From: an uncultured Lewinella sp.
Lineage (GTDB): Bacteria > Bacteroidota > Bacteroidia > Chitinophagales > Saprospiraceae
Length of the DNA: 64,000 bases
NCBI GenBank assembly: GCA_937873655.1
Contig: CALMYQ010000096.1
Span: 26,439-90,438, forward strand
Reading direction: 5' to 3'
Below the pieces are notes generated by a model. The model was given only the letters and a program-made list of their open reading frames with translations. It was not told the origin of the DNA and did no database searches. The translations under genes were made by a program, and so were the position numbers. Shown here piece by piece: positions 1-9,524 of this stretch. The first letter of the stretch is position 1, and each line of letters begins with the position of its first letter.

Positions 1-1
1 C

Positions 2-238
2 CATTTTATTTTTAACAGCCTGAATTCCATCACCCAAGGCCGGAAAAAATTGATCTCCGGGACGTTGAAAGACGTTGAGGAATGGTATTTTTTCAGGGCG
101 CACAACTCCCACCTGGTCAATTTGCGCCATATCCGGGAGTACATCCGGGCCGACGGCGGCTACCTGATCCTGTCCAACAAAATGACCATGCCGGTAGCCC
201 GCAACCGAAAGGATGAGCTGATGAAGCTGATCAATTGA
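2..238 (+). CDS. LytTR-type DNA-binding domain protein, 3' fragment (gene starts upstream of the window)
   Basis: The frame is open from nt 2; the listed start at 50 is a TTG inside an already open frame. Translation ...WYFFRAHNSHLVNLRHIREYIRADGGYLILSNKMTMPVARNRKDEL fits the LytTR output-domain pattern. Stop at 236-238. Confidence 0.6.
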   Translation, partial: HFIFNSLNSITQGRKKLISGTLKDVEEWYFFRAHNSHLVNLRHIREYIRADGGYLILSNKMTMPVARNRKDELMKLIN

Positions 239-1091
239 CGATGCGGAGCTGTCCGGGGTCCAGCCAAACCAGATCTCCCGGGCCGTATACCTGGGGCATA
301 GCCGGATCGACGGTCAGCTCCAGCAAGTTGTTGCCCAGCCGGCAGATCAGCCTGTCCCCTTCCCGGCGGCCATATTCCACGACTTCTGCGCACAGCAGGT
401 TGGCCGGGTTGCGGCGCTCCTGGTCCGGCAGATTAGCGGGGTGCAATTGCCCGTTTCGCATGACATATGCGCGCCCGGCCATTTTCGCGATTTCCTGAAA
501 ATCGTGGCTGATCAGCAAGGCGGCCTTCCCGGATTGACGACAGTAATTGACCACGTAGGCCTGGAGGCTCGACCGCGTCTCAGGGTCCAGCGCCGCCAAC
601 GGTTCGTCCAGCAATAAAAAATCGGAATGCTGGGCAAGGCCCCGGGCAAGGGCTACCCGCTGCGCTTCGCCCCCCGACAACAACGGCGGGAAGCGGCCGG
701 CAAGGTTCGTCAGCCCGGTCGCTTCCAGCAACTCATCCACAACGGTATCGTTTTGCTGCCGCCCCAACGCAAAGTTTATATTCTGCCGAACCGTCCAGTG
801 CGGAAACAAGGCGTAATCCTGGAATACCAATGCCGCAGCCCGCCGTTGAGGCGGCAGGTTGATCCGGGCGGCCGTATCCAGCCAGACAGCTCCCCTAAAA
901 CTGATCATCCCTTCATCCGGGCGCTCCAACCCCGATATGATCCGCAACAAGGTCGACTTGCCGCTGCCCGACTGCCCCGTTATGGCCACCAGCTCATCAG
1001 CCGCCATCTCCAGGTCAATGGATAACTCCACCCGTCCCGCAGACCTCGGCATCCGCTTTTTCACCCGGATCAGAATCTTGTCCTTGCTCAT
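231..1091 (-). CDS. ABC transporter ATP-binding protein with a C-terminal TOBE-like tail (ModC/CysA-like architecture)
   Basis: Walker A GQSGSGKST, signature LSGGEAQRV, Walker B FLLLDEPLAALD, H-loop ISHD. About 60 extra C-terminal residues. ATG at 1091. Confidence 0.85.
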   Translation of the reverse strand: MSKDKILIRVKKRMPRSAGRVELSIDLEMAADELVAITGQSGSGKSTLLRIISGLERPDEGMISFRGAVWLDTAARINLPPQRRAAALVFQDYALFPHWTVRQNINFALGRQQNDTVVDELLEATGLTNLAGRFPPLLSGGEAQRVALARGLAQHSDFLLLDEPLAALDPETRSSLQAYVVNYCRQSGKAALLISHDFQEIAKMAGRAYVMRNGQLHPANLPDQERRNPANLLCAEVVEYGRREGDRLICRLGNNLLELTVDPAMPQVYGPGDLVWLDPGQLRIVN

Positions 1092-1100
1092 GCTTTATTT

Positions 1101-1474
1101 GTCAGTTGTCAGTTGTCAGTGGTCAGTGGTCAGTGGTCAGTCGGGGTGTGGCAACGTTTCAGCTATTCAACGGGAGCGCGGGCCGTCAGGTCCGCCATGT
1201 CGGTAGCATCCGGGGTGCATTTTTACGTTTCCGGCCTGTAGGGCCGGTATGTGGTTGTCAGTTGTCAGTTGTCGGTTGTCAGTTGTCAGTGGTCAGTGGT
1301 CAGTGGTCAGTGGTCAGTGGTCAGTCGGGGTGTGGCAACGTTTCAGCTATTCAACGGCAGCGCGGGCCGTCAGGTCCGCCATGTCGGTAGCATCCGGGTT
1401 GCATTTTTACGTTTCCGGCCTGTAGGGCCGGTATGTGGTGGTCAGTGGTCGGTTGTCAGTTGTCAGTCGTAAGT
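1101..1474. repeat. Composite tandem repeat, period 184 bp, about 2 copies: GTCAGTK heptamer arrays alternating with a conserved ~110-bp module
   Basis: GTCAGTC GGGGTGTGGCAACG... starts at 1136 and again at 1320 (offset 184). Heptamer arrays at 1101-1142, 1254-1326 and 1439-1468. The module ...GGGCCGTCAGGTCCGCCATGTCGGTAGCATCCGG.TGCATTTTTACGTTTCCGGCCTGTAGGGCCGGTATGTGG occurs at about 1179-1253 and 1363-1438. A separate perfect 9-bp hairpin GCGACGCAT/ATGCGTCGC lies at 1476-1497. Confidence 0.9.
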
Positions 1475-1498
1475 AGCGACGCATGATGATGCGTCGCA

Positions 1499-1548
1499 AT
1501 CTGGCCGTCCTCCGTCCGCCATAGCTCCTCAAGAGCGGAGGCGGGCAG
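1499..1548 (-). repeat. Reverse-orientation copy of the ~45-bp module that is tandemly repeated at 15311-15454
   Basis: The reverse complement reads GCTGCCCGCCTCCGCTCTTGAGGAGCTATGGCGGACGGAGG, versus GCTGCCCGCCGTCGCTCTTGGGGAGCTATGGCGGACGGGGG at 15316. It supplies the last 6 codons and the TGA stop of the GT4 gene. Confidence 0.7.
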
Positions 1549-2677
1549 CATCACCCCCCAGTATCCTGTCATAAATCCCCATCAATTGCCGCGTCAGCGG
1601 TTCGCCTTTGAAGCGCTGGGCATATTGATAGCCTTCCCTGATCATCGTCGAGCGGTAATCCGAATCCGTCAGTACCTTTTCGATACCGGCGGCGATGGCT
1701 TCAGGGCTGGCCGGATCGATGAGGCAGGAATGGGGGCCGGCTGCTTCCGGCAAGGACGAAAGGTTGGACGTGACCACGGGTGTTTCGCTGAACAGCGCCT
1801 CGAGGATCGGAATTCCAAAGCCCTCGCCGAAGGACGGGTAGACAAATACATCGGCCTGTTGGTAAAGCGGCGGCAGGTCCGCAAAATCGGGTCGGATAAA
1901 GAGAACCCGGCCGGCCAGGTTGGCAGCTGACAGGTAATTTTTCACCTGCATCTCGTATTGACCGCCCCGGCCCACCACCACCAGCGGCAGATCGACCGAG
2001 GCGGGCAGGATTTCCAGGGCCTTTACCACCCCGAGCAGGTTTTTGCGCTCAACGATGGCGCCCACATACAGCAGATAGTCCTTCGGGAGGTTGTATTTGG
2101 CCAGCATCTGATCGATGGTGCGATTGGACCGTTCCTGCATGAAACGTTCGTTGCAGGACTGATAAACGACGCGAATCTTCTCTTCCGGAATTTCATAGTC
2201 ATTAATAATGTCCGCTTTGGTGGCCTCGCTGATGGCGATGATGCGGTCGGCGTTCCGGCAGGCATAGCGGAATTTGAGGTCGTAGATATAGCGATCGGCG
2301 GCATTGTACTGGCCGGTAAAGCGCCTGAAGAGGAGGTCGTGAATGGTGACCACCGATTTGATGCCGGTTTTTCGGATACCGACGGGAATCTCGTGGCTCA
2401 GGCCGTGAAACAGCTGGATATGGTGCTTCCGAAGGTCTTTTTTGATACCGGCTGTCCGCCACCAGGCAGGCCATCCGTGCCGGGGTTGCTGGACGGTGAA
2501 CAGGGGGCTGTTCAGAAAAAACTGGGTTTCCCCGTTTTTGACGACTTTGGGTGTGAACAGGTAGTAATCGTTCTCCGGGAAATAATTAGCCAGGTTTTGG
2601 ACCAACGTTCGGCTGTAATTTCCAAGTCCGGTAAAATTATTGAATAGTCTTTTTGCGTCGAAACCAATCCGGTACAT
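1529..2677 (-). CDS. Glycosyltransferase family 4 (GT-B fold)
   Basis: 382 aa. The C-terminal half carries the typical GT4 motif ...FVYPSFGEGFGIPILEALFSETPVVTSNLSSLPEAAG. ATG at 2677. Confidence 0.85.
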   Translation of the reverse strand: MYRIGFDAKRLFNNFTGLGNYSRTLVQNLANYFPENDYYLFTPKVVKNGETQFFLNSPLFTVQQPRHGWPAWWRTAGIKKDLRKHHIQLFHGLSHEIPVGIRKTGIKSVVTIHDLLFRRFTGQYNAADRYIYDLKFRYACRNADRIIAISEATKADIINDYEIPEEKIRVVYQSCNERFMQERSNRTIDQMLAKYNLPKDYLLYVGAIVERKNLLGVVKALEILPASVDLPLVVVGRGGQYEMQVKNYLSAANLAGRVLFIRPDFADLPPLYQQADVFVYPSFGEGFGIPILEALFSETPVVTSNLSSLPEAAGPHSCLIDPASPEAIAAGIEKVLTDSDYRSTMIREGYQYAQRFKGEPLTRQLMGIYDRILGGDAARLRS

Positions 2678-2879
2678 ACCAAGGGAGTATAGGGCTCATC
2701 CGTGTATAACCCGGTGCGGGGTCGACCGTCTTTAGCCGGCAGCCGGCCGTCTTTTGGATAAAAGCGAGGGCATGCTTACGGTAAAAAGCGCATCCGGTCC
2801 AGGGATGATCCGCGTTGCTTTTGCAAATTAAAACAATTTCCGGATCATCCCAATACCGAGTCGGCTAAACTGAAAAAGA

Positions 2880-3497
2880 TTACTGCATTTTCTCCATCAG
2901 GCGCTCCTTCATCTTCTGGAATTCCTCTTCCGAAAGAATGCCTTTCTCTTTCAGTTCGCCGATTTGCGCCAATTGCCGCAGGATCTCATCGTTGGGGTCA
3001 TCCGTTTTGGCGTACCGGTCTTTTTCACTCTTCCACTGGGCGGCTTTTTCCTTGCCCTTGCGGAGTTCTTCTTCGTAGTTGTCGCGGGCTTTGAGCGGAT
3101 CAAAATCGGAAAAATCGCCTCCCGCGCTGAAGTGCTGCTGGAAGACCTGACCAACGGCATAGGTGGACGCCCCCGACATGATGGCCATCGACAACCCGCC
3201 GAAAAGCGTGCCGATACCCGGGATGGCCTTCACCATGCTGGCGCCTACGCGGGCCAGCGTGCTACCGGTAAGCGCCGACAGGATCCCTTTGCCCGAATTT
3301 TCGGAAAAGGAAACGTCATAGACGCGCGCCAGTTGCTTGAGCATGTCGATCTGAACCGCCGTAACAGCAGCGATATCGAGGATCGGAATGGGCACCAACC
3401 CTGCGCCCATAGAGATCAGCACGTGGTTTTTGATTACTTCTTGAGATCTGTCGTATCTGGTATCCATATCAAAATAGATTTTATCGGATAAATTCAA
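2880..3497 (-). CDS. DUF697-like membrane-associated domain protein with a C-terminal SHOCT domain
   Basis: The N-terminal half, GAGLVPIPILDIAAVTAVQIDMLKQLARVY, resembles DUF697. The C-terminus LKEKGILSEEEFQKMKERLM is a SHOCT-type motif. The listed start at 3497 is TTG; an ATG alternative lies at 3467. Confidence 0.55.
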   Translation of the reverse strand: MNLSDKIYFDMDTRYDRSQEVIKNHVLISMGAGLVPIPILDIAAVTAVQIDMLKQLARVYDVSFSENSGKGILSALTGSTLARVGASMVKAIPGIGTLFGGLSMAIMSGASTYAVGQVFQQHFSAGGDFSDFDPLKARDNYEEELRKGKEKAAQWKSEKDRYAKTDDPNDEILRQLAQIGELKEKGILSEEEFQKMKERLMEKMQ

Positions 3498-3684
3498 TGT
3501 TCACAATTCAACAAAGTTACGGGGTACGCCGGTGCAAAGCCAATTCCTTGCGCTGAAATGACCGATTTTTTATACCATGTGGGATAATCTTTCGACACAT
3601 ATCCCTTTTTGGCTTCTTTTTAAATTCCCGGCTTTCCGGAAGTCCCGACCGCCGGGAAGCGGCAACCTTTCCTGTCAACTTTGT

Positions 3685-3692
3685 TATATTTG
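3685..3692 (+). promoter_or_regulatory. Candidate Bacteroidota -7 promoter box (TAnnTTTG) for the MscS gene
   Basis: TATATTTG at 3685-3692, 29 nt upstream of the ATG at 3721. It lies inside the implausible N-terminal extension of ORF 3577. Confidence 0.3.
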
Positions 3693-3720
3693 CGGGAACA
3701 GAACCGCCAACGCACCTGAA

Positions 3721-5037
3721 ATGAACCTGAACGAATTACTCGATGAAAAGGTAGTGCAGATCTTTGGTGAAGTCATCACAGTAGGTGAACTTTGCCTGTC
3801 CCTGCTGTTATTCGGCGCCTTACTGACGGTCTTCAGGCTGACTTTCAGGCGGTGGCTCACCAGGTATTTCCGGCTGGAAGAGATCTCCCTGGAAGAGCAA
3901 CGCCGTACCCGCCGCCTGACCGGCCTGATCTTCATCCTCCTGCTGGCTGCCGCTTTGTTGCCCATTACGGGCCTGAATCCGGTGCTGTACGAGGGATTCA
4001 CCTACTATTTCCGGACCTCGACGCTCGTGCTCATCCTGGCCGTCTTTTTTGCCGCGCGCCTGGCCGACCGGATCATTTCCAGGATACTGGCCCACAATTA
4101 TTCGATCAAACAGGAAGCGATGCGCAATATCGCGCCGAATGTAGAAGCTTCCCGCCCGCCCCTGCCGCCCAGGCGGATGGCGCAGCCGCTGATCTATCTT
4201 GGGGCCATTTTTTTGCTGTTCGGGATCATGGACTTCAACCTCTCCTTCACGTTCGCCACCGTGCAGTCCAGTTTTTCACAACTCCTGCAGGCCGTCATTA
4301 TCCTGGTCGGCGCACGATTCCTGGTCTGGATCGTTTCCGAACTGGCGCTGTTCCCCTATTTTCAGAACCGAAGCGTGGATATCGGCGCGCAATACGCCGT
4401 CAACCAACTGCTCAAATACGTCATCTATACCCTGGCCCTGCTTTGGGCCCTGGAAGTGGCGGGGTTGAAACTCACCCTGCTGTGGGGCGGCGCCGCAGCG
4501 CTGCTGGTCGGTTTGGGCCTGGGCCTCCAGCAAACCTTCAACGACCTCGTTTGCGGGGTGATCCTGCTTTCCGAACGAGCAGTCGAGGTCGGCGACGTCC
4601 TGGATGTGGACGGGCTGATCGGGACGGTCCGCAAGATCGGCCTGCGCACCTCGCTGGTGGAAACCCGCGACAACCGGACAGTCATCCTGCCCAACTCCAA
4701 ACTGGTTGCCGACAAGGTGGTCAACTGGAGCCACGACGAGCTCAAAGCCCGGTTCACCGTCAGCGTCGGCGTCGCCTATGGGTCGGATACCGAATTGGTC
4801 AGAAAAATATTGTTGCAAGTCGCGGAAGCCCACCCAAAATCCCTGAAAAAACCGGCGCCATTCGTTCGTTTCATGAATTTCGGCGACTCTTCCCTCGATT
4901 TCGAGCTCTTCTTCTGGTCCAGGGAATTCCTCAAGATCGAGGACGTCCGCAGCGATATGCGTTTCGAGATCGACCGGCTCTTCCGGGAAAACAACGTTAC
5001 CATTCCTTTCCCGCAACGGGATGTCTGGATGCGGTAG
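3721..5037 (+). CDS. Mechanosensitive ion channel, MscS family
   Basis: Several N-terminal TM helices followed by the conserved MscS core GDVLDVDGLIGTVRKIGLRTSLVETRDNRTVILPNSKLV. I prefer the ATG at 3721 (MNLNELL...). The 48 codons from 3577 are Cys-rich and low-complexity and contain a promoter-like box. Confidence 0.85.
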   Translation: MNLNELLDEKVVQIFGEVITVGELCLSLLLFGALLTVFRLTFRRWLTRYFRLEEISLEEQRRTRRLTGLIFILLLAAALLPITGLNPVLYEGFTYYFRTSTLVLILAVFFAARLADRIISRILAHNYSIKQEAMRNIAPNVEASRPPLPPRRMAQPLIYLGAIFLLFGIMDFNLSFTFATVQSSFSQLLQAVIILVGARFLVWIVSELALFPYFQNRSVDIGAQYAVNQLLKYVIYTLALLWALEVAGLKLTLLWGGAAALLVGLGLGLQQTFNDLVCGVILLSERAVEVGDVLDVDGLIGTVRKIGLRTSLVETRDNRTVILPNSKLVADKVVNWSHDELKARFTVSVGVAYGSDTELVRKILLQVAEAHPKSLKKPAPFVRFMNFGDSSLDFELFFWSREFLKIEDVRSDMRFEIDRLFRENNVTIPFPQRDVWMR

Positions 5038-5104
5038 GTAAAATTCTGAATGAACCATTGTTTTTTTACCCCATAAGGCCTATAAGTTCACATAAGTTTT
5101 TCAT

Positions 5105-5130
5105 TGCAATTGCGCCTCTGCGCAATTGCA
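5105..5130 (+). terminator. Perfect 11-bp stem hairpin downstream of the MscS gene
   Basis: TGCAATTGCGC-CTCT-GCGCAATTGCA, about 70 nt after the stop at 5037. It is followed by a moderately T-rich stretch, not a clean T-tract. Confidence 0.4.
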
Positions 5131-5220
5131 TTAGCTCTTCTTATCTGTCCTGATGATTCTGATGTGGTAAAATACAAGCCGAACCAGAATGGTTTGGCAA
5201 AGGGTTTTCAGGGTAAGGCT

Positions 5221-5324
5221 GTTGATCTGTTGATTTGAGCGTGATCGTATTCAAATCAACCACCGGCCGACGTAGCTTCAAAAGAGCAAAGGCGGCAAAT
5301 AACCAAATCAACGCATCAACAAAT
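5221..5324. repeat. GTTGATKT word array with a complementary AAATCAAC-type array (word-array hairpin family)
   Basis: GTTGATCTGTTGATTTGA ... TCAAATCAAC forms a 10-bp stem (5229-5238 with 5251-5260). Further complementary words CAAATCAACGCATCAACAAATC lie at 5303-5324. Confidence 0.7.
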
Positions 5325-5440
5325 CCGGCGCATCCCCGAATTTGGTTATCCGCAAGACCTTTTTCCACGCCGGCTTGTTAAATAACAATATGCCCCGCAG
5401 GAGGTCGTTATCTTTGCAGTTCAAATTACGGGTATTGAAT

Positions 5441-8400
5441 ATGAAGAAGTTTTACCTCGCATTCGGCCTGATCCTCTCGCTGGCGTTTGCCGTCCAGGCC
5501 CAGACCACTATACGGGAGAGCCTGGAATGGAGTGCAGCGCCGGTAACCGTACAGGGCCCTGAAGGCGAATACCAACAATGGTCCTTCAAAGGCGGCGCCA
5601 TCGGCGAACGCTATCCAGGCGTGCCTTTCTACAGCGCTGAAATCCCGGTCAGCGGCCCGGGATCGCTGCGGGTTACTGTTCTCGATGCCCGTTATGAAGA
5701 CCTGCCCTGGAAAGGCGCCCCCGGACAAGCCGCCATCGGCTCCGACCTGCGGTTCGAAACCCGGGTGGAACGCGATCGCCGGCAATTTTCCGGCATTGTC
5801 GCCTTCACGCCCATCATCCGCGACGGCGACCGCTACCGGCGATTGGTGGACTTCACCCTCCAGGTTACCCTCATACCGGACCAGGCCGGCGCCCCGCGCG
5901 GGCCGGTTTATGCCGAGACATCGGCCCTCGCAGACGGGGATATCTATAAAATTGCCGTGGCGGAAGACGGCGTTTACAAACTGACCTACGACTTCCTGAA
6001 AAAAGACCTCGGTATCGAGAACCTGGATCAGATCGACCCCCGCACCATCAAGATACTCGGCAACGGCGGCGGCATGGTACCGGCCTACAGCGTTGCCGAC
6101 CGGCTTGACGACCTTCAGGAAAACCGGATCGCCGTACAGGGCGAAGGCGACGGTAAATTCGATTCCGGCGATTATATCCTCTTCTATGCGGAAGGCCCCG
6201 ACAAGTGGACCTTTGATCCGGACGCCCGCACCTTTACCCTGCAGAAGAACATCCACGATGCCCGGAATTATTATTTCATCAAGATCAGTTCGGGCAACGG
6301 ACTCCGGGTTGAAGCCCGGAATAATATCCAGGCGCCGGAATTTTCAACCACCCAGTTCTCCGATTACCGCCGGGTGGAAGAAGACCGGCAAAACCTGTTG
6401 TACGACTGGACGACCACCCGCATGGGCGCCGGCCAGGATTGGTTCGGCGACTGGTTCAAGACCGCCCGGGAATATTCCTACAAAAACCTGTTCACCTTTC
6501 CCAATATCGCTACCGGCGAACCCGCTGAGGTCCGGGTGGAAATGGTCCTGCGAGCCAACGTAAGCTCCAGGTTCCAGGTCCAGGTGAACACCGGCTCCAA
6601 TCTCCAGAGTTCCCTGGCTTCCAGCACCCGCGTAGGCACTTCCAGCGACTATACCGACAGCTATGCCAACCGGGCCGCGGTGAATACGAACGTCAACCTG
6701 AGTCAGGACAATGTCGACTTCAAGGTAGCCTATCCCGTACCGGCAGGAGCCAGCCAGGAAACGGAAGGCTGGCTCGACTTTATCCAGGTCACCGCCCGCC
6801 GGAAACTGATCATGGCCGGCGACCAGATGGCCTTCCGGGATCCGGCGACACTGGATTACGGCAATGCCACCTACAACCTGCAACAAGCGGCCGACGGCAT
6901 CCTGATCTGGGATATTACCAACCCCTTGTCGCCGTTGAGCCAGCAGGCGCAGCGGAGCGGCACGACCCTGTCTTACGGCGTCGCCAATACCGGTGAATTG
7001 CAGCAGTTCGTCGCTTTCAACCCGGCGCAAACCCTGCTCAAGGCTGAAGCCGTGGGCAAGATCCCCAACCAGAACCTGCACCGGCTCGGACTTTCGCCGG
7101 TGGACATGGTGATCGTCTACCACCCGGATTTCGAGGCCGCCGCCGAAAAACTGGCCGAACACCGGCGAAGCCACAGCAACCTGACCGTTGAGACCGTCAA
7201 CGTGGCGGATATTTATAACGAATTCGCGTCCGGCAAACTCGACCCCGCCGCTATCCGCGATCTGGTTAAAATGGTCTATGATCGCTATGAGAACTTTGCC
7301 TATTGCCTGCTGGTCGGCGACGGCTCCTTCGATTCGAGGGATGTCTACGGGTTGGGCGGAAATTTCATCCCGACCTACCAGACCCGGTCGCTCAATTCGA
7401 TTTATGCCTTCCCGGCCGACGACTACTTCGGCGTGCTCAACGGCAGCAGCGCCGCCGATCCCGTACAGGGCAAGCTCAACGTATCGATAGGCCGGCTCCC
7501 GGTCAAAACCCTGGAAGAGGCGGAGCTTTCCGTTGACAAGATCATCCATTACGATACCAGCCCCAAAGCATTCGGCGACTGGCGCAACCGCCTGGTTTTT
7601 GTCGGCGACGACGAGGACAGCAGCGCCCATACCATGGACGCCGACGAGATCGCCGAAAAGGTGCTGCAAAATTTCCCCGACTTCAATGTCGACAAGCTGT
7701 TCCTGGACGCCTACCCGCAGGAAGCTACCCCCGCGGGCGACCGGTTCCCTGCAGTGAACGAAGCCATCGGCCGGTCGCTCTACCGCGGCGTGCTCGCCAT
7801 GGTCTACCTCGGTCACGGCGGCCCGAAAGGTTGGGCTCAGGAACGTGTGCTGAACATTCCGGACATCCGCGGCTGGCAAAACTACGACCACCTGACCCTG
7901 CTGGTCACGGCCACCTGCTCGTTCACCGGATATGACGACCCGTCATTCGTATCAGCGGGCGAAGAATCGTTCCTCAACCCCAACGGCGGCGCAGTGGGAC
8001 TGCTGACGACGACGCGTCCGGTTTATGCCAATGAAAATGCCTATCTGACGGAGGTGACGCTGCTCAACCTCTTCCAGCGCGACAACGGCAAGATCCTCAC
8101 GCTCGGCGACGCTTTCCGCCGGGGCAAAAATTCGAACCTGTCCAGCGGGTTCACCACCAATACCCGCAAATTTACCCTGATCGGCGACCCGGCCATGCTC
8201 ATTCCGGTGCCCAACTACGGCGTTGCGACCACCGCCATTGACAACAAACCGGTTACCGGCGGTCAACTGGACACGCTCAAGGCGCTCCAGAAGGTGACCA
8301 TCAGCGGGATGGTCCTCGATGAAACCGGCCAGCCCGCTGCCAATTTCAACGGACTGGTCTACCCCACCATTTACGATAAAAAACTGGATGTAACCACCCT

Positions 8401-9316
8401 CGGGCAGGATAAAACCAGCAAGGTCATTACCTTCAAACTGCAGAAAAGCGTCCTGTTCAAAGGAAAGGCATCCGTCACCAACGGGCAGTTCCAGTTTACC
8501 TTCGTCATGCCCAAGGACATCAATTTTGAATTCGGCAAGGGCAAGATCAGTTATTACGCCGCCGACCCGGACCAACAGCTCGACGCGGCCGGCCACTATG
8601 ACGGTGTAGTGATCGGAGGCGCTTCCGACAACGCCCTGAGCGACAAGGAAGGCCCGAAGGTTGAAGTATTTATGAATTCCGAAGGGTTTGCATTCGGCGG
8701 CATAACAGATAAAGACCCGGTCCTGCTGGTCAAACTGGAAGATGAGAACGGCATCAATGTAGTGGGCAACAGCATCGGGCACGACCTGGAAGGCGTACTG
8801 GACAAGAGCACCCAAAGTTCCATCGTCCTGAATGATTTCTATGAAGCCGATACGGACGATTACACCAAGGGTACGGTGCGCTACCCCATGTCTGCGCTGG
8901 AGGAAGGCCGCCATCAGATCCGGGTTTCAGCCTGGGATGTGGCCAACAACAACAGCGAGGGGTTCACGGAATTCGTCGTCGCTTCCTCGGAAGGGATCGC
9001 CCTGGAACACGTGTTGAACTTCCCCAATCCGTTTACCGACCAGACCTGCTTCCAGTTCGATCATAATTTTGAGAATGTCAGCCTGGATGTGCTGGTCCAG
9101 ATCTACACCATCTCCGGCAGGTTGGTTAAAACGATCGAGACCAGCATGCTGTCAGACGGCGCCCTGCGCAGGGACGACTGCATCCAATGGGACGGCCGCG
9201 ACGACTACGGCGACCGGCTGGGCAGAGGGGTCTATCTCTACAAGGTCAAAGTGCGGGCTCCGGACCTGGACCTGAAGGGAGAAAGCGACTTTTCCAAACT
9301 CGTCATCCTGAAATAA
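5441..9316 (+). CDS. porU: T9SS C-terminal signal peptidase/sortase PorU (peptidase C25 family)
   Basis: Signal peptide MKKFYLAFGLILSLAFAVQAQ at the ATG at 5441. Gingipain-like catalytic region with YLGHGGPKGW (His) and LVTATCSFTGYDDP (Cys). The C-terminus has a CTD-like fold, LNFPNPFTDQT...GVYLYKVKV. The size and the adjacent porV fit the PorU-PorV pair. Confidence 0.85.
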   Translation: MKKFYLAFGLILSLAFAVQAQTTIRESLEWSAAPVTVQGPEGEYQQWSFKGGAIGERYPGVPFYSAEIPVSGPGSLRVTVLDARYEDLPWKGAPGQAAIGSDLRFETRVERDRRQFSGIVAFTPIIRDGDRYRRLVDFTLQVTLIPDQAGAPRGPVYAETSALADGDIYKIAVAEDGVYKLTYDFLKKDLGIENLDQIDPRTIKILGNGGGMVPAYSVADRLDDLQENRIAVQGEGDGKFDSGDYILFYAEGPDKWTFDPDARTFTLQKNIHDARNYYFIKISSGNGLRVEARNNIQAPEFSTTQFSDYRRVEEDRQNLLYDWTTTRMGAGQDWFGDWFKTAREYSYKNLFTFPNIATGEPAEVRVEMVLRANVSSRFQVQVNTGSNLQSSLASSTRVGTSSDYTDSYANRAAVNTNVNLSQDNVDFKVAYPVPAGASQETEGWLDFIQVTARRKLIMAGDQMAFRDPATLDYGNATYNLQQAADGILIWDITNPLSPLSQQAQRSGTTLSYGVANTGELQQFVAFNPAQTLLKAEAVGKIPNQNLHRLGLSPVDMVIVYHPDFEAAAEKLAEHRRSHSNLTVETVNVADIYNEFASGKLDPAAIRDLVKMVYDRYENFAYCLLVGDGSFDSRDVYGLGGNFIPTYQTRSLNSIYAFPADDYFGVLNGSSAADPVQGKLNVSIGRLPVKTLEEAELSVDKIIHYDTSPKAFGDWRNRLVFVGDDEDSSAHTMDADEIAEKVLQNFPDFNVDKLFLDAYPQEATPAGDRFPAVNEAIGRSLYRGVLAMVYLGHGGPKGWAQERVLNIPDIRGWQNYDHLTLLVTATCSFTGYDDPSFVSAGEESFLNPNGGAVGLLTTTRPVYANENAYLTEVTLLNLFQRDNGKILTLGDAFRRGKNSNLSSGFTTNTRKFTLIGDPAMLIPVPNYGVATTAIDNKPVTGGQLDTLKALQKVTISGMVLDETGQPAANFNGLVYPTIYDKKLDVTTLGQDKTSKVITFKLQKSVLFKGKASVTNGQFQFTFVMPKDINFEFGKGKISYYAADPDQQLDAAGHYDGVVIGGASDNALSDKEGPKVEVFMNSEGFAFGGITDKDPVLLVKLEDENGINVVGNSIGHDLEGVLDKSTQSSIVLNDFYEADTDDYTKGTVRYPMSALEEGRHQIRVSAWDVANNNSEGFTEFVVASSEGIALEHVLNFPNPFTDQTCFQFDHNFENVSLDVLVQIYTISGRLVKTIETSMLSDGALRRDDCIQWDGRDDYGDRLGRGVYLYKVKVRAPDLDLKGESDFSKLVILK

Positions 9317-9486
9317 CAAGCGCTGAATCACATTTTTCCTAATTCGTTCTTATACTGCAATATTAAGGCGCTTTTTGCGTATCTATATTTGGCAAGGAAT
9401 TTGTTAAAAACCTTAACAATTATCCCTGTCTGATCCGGAAGCTTTTTGTTAAAAACTTAAAAAGCTGCGGATTGGCAAGCAATGAT

Positions 9487-9494
9487 TATTTTTG
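9487..9494 (+). promoter_or_regulatory. Candidate -7 box (TAnnTTTG) upstream of porV
   Basis: TATTTTTG at 9487-9494, 31 nt upstream of the ATG at 9525. Confidence 0.3.
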
Positions 9495-9524
9495 CACAAT
9501 TTTTGAAAAAGACAAGTAGACCAC

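Noticed and set aside
1106-1472. ORFs 1106-1390 and 1251-1472 (also 15138-15509, 15331-15609, and the first 209 codons of 30738-32540), which encode peptides such as VVSGQWSVVSGQ.
   Set aside because: They are simply the stop-free reading orientation of heptamer or octamer word arrays and tandem modules. Their periodic peptide sequence mirrors the DNA repeat.
3577-3720. Upstream ATG at 3577, which would give a 486-aa MscS protein.
   Set aside because: The extra 48 residues (…GSGNLSCQLCYICGNRTANAPE) are not protein-like. They also contain a TATATTTG promoter-like box 29 nt before the ATG at 3721, which starts a normal MscS N-terminus.
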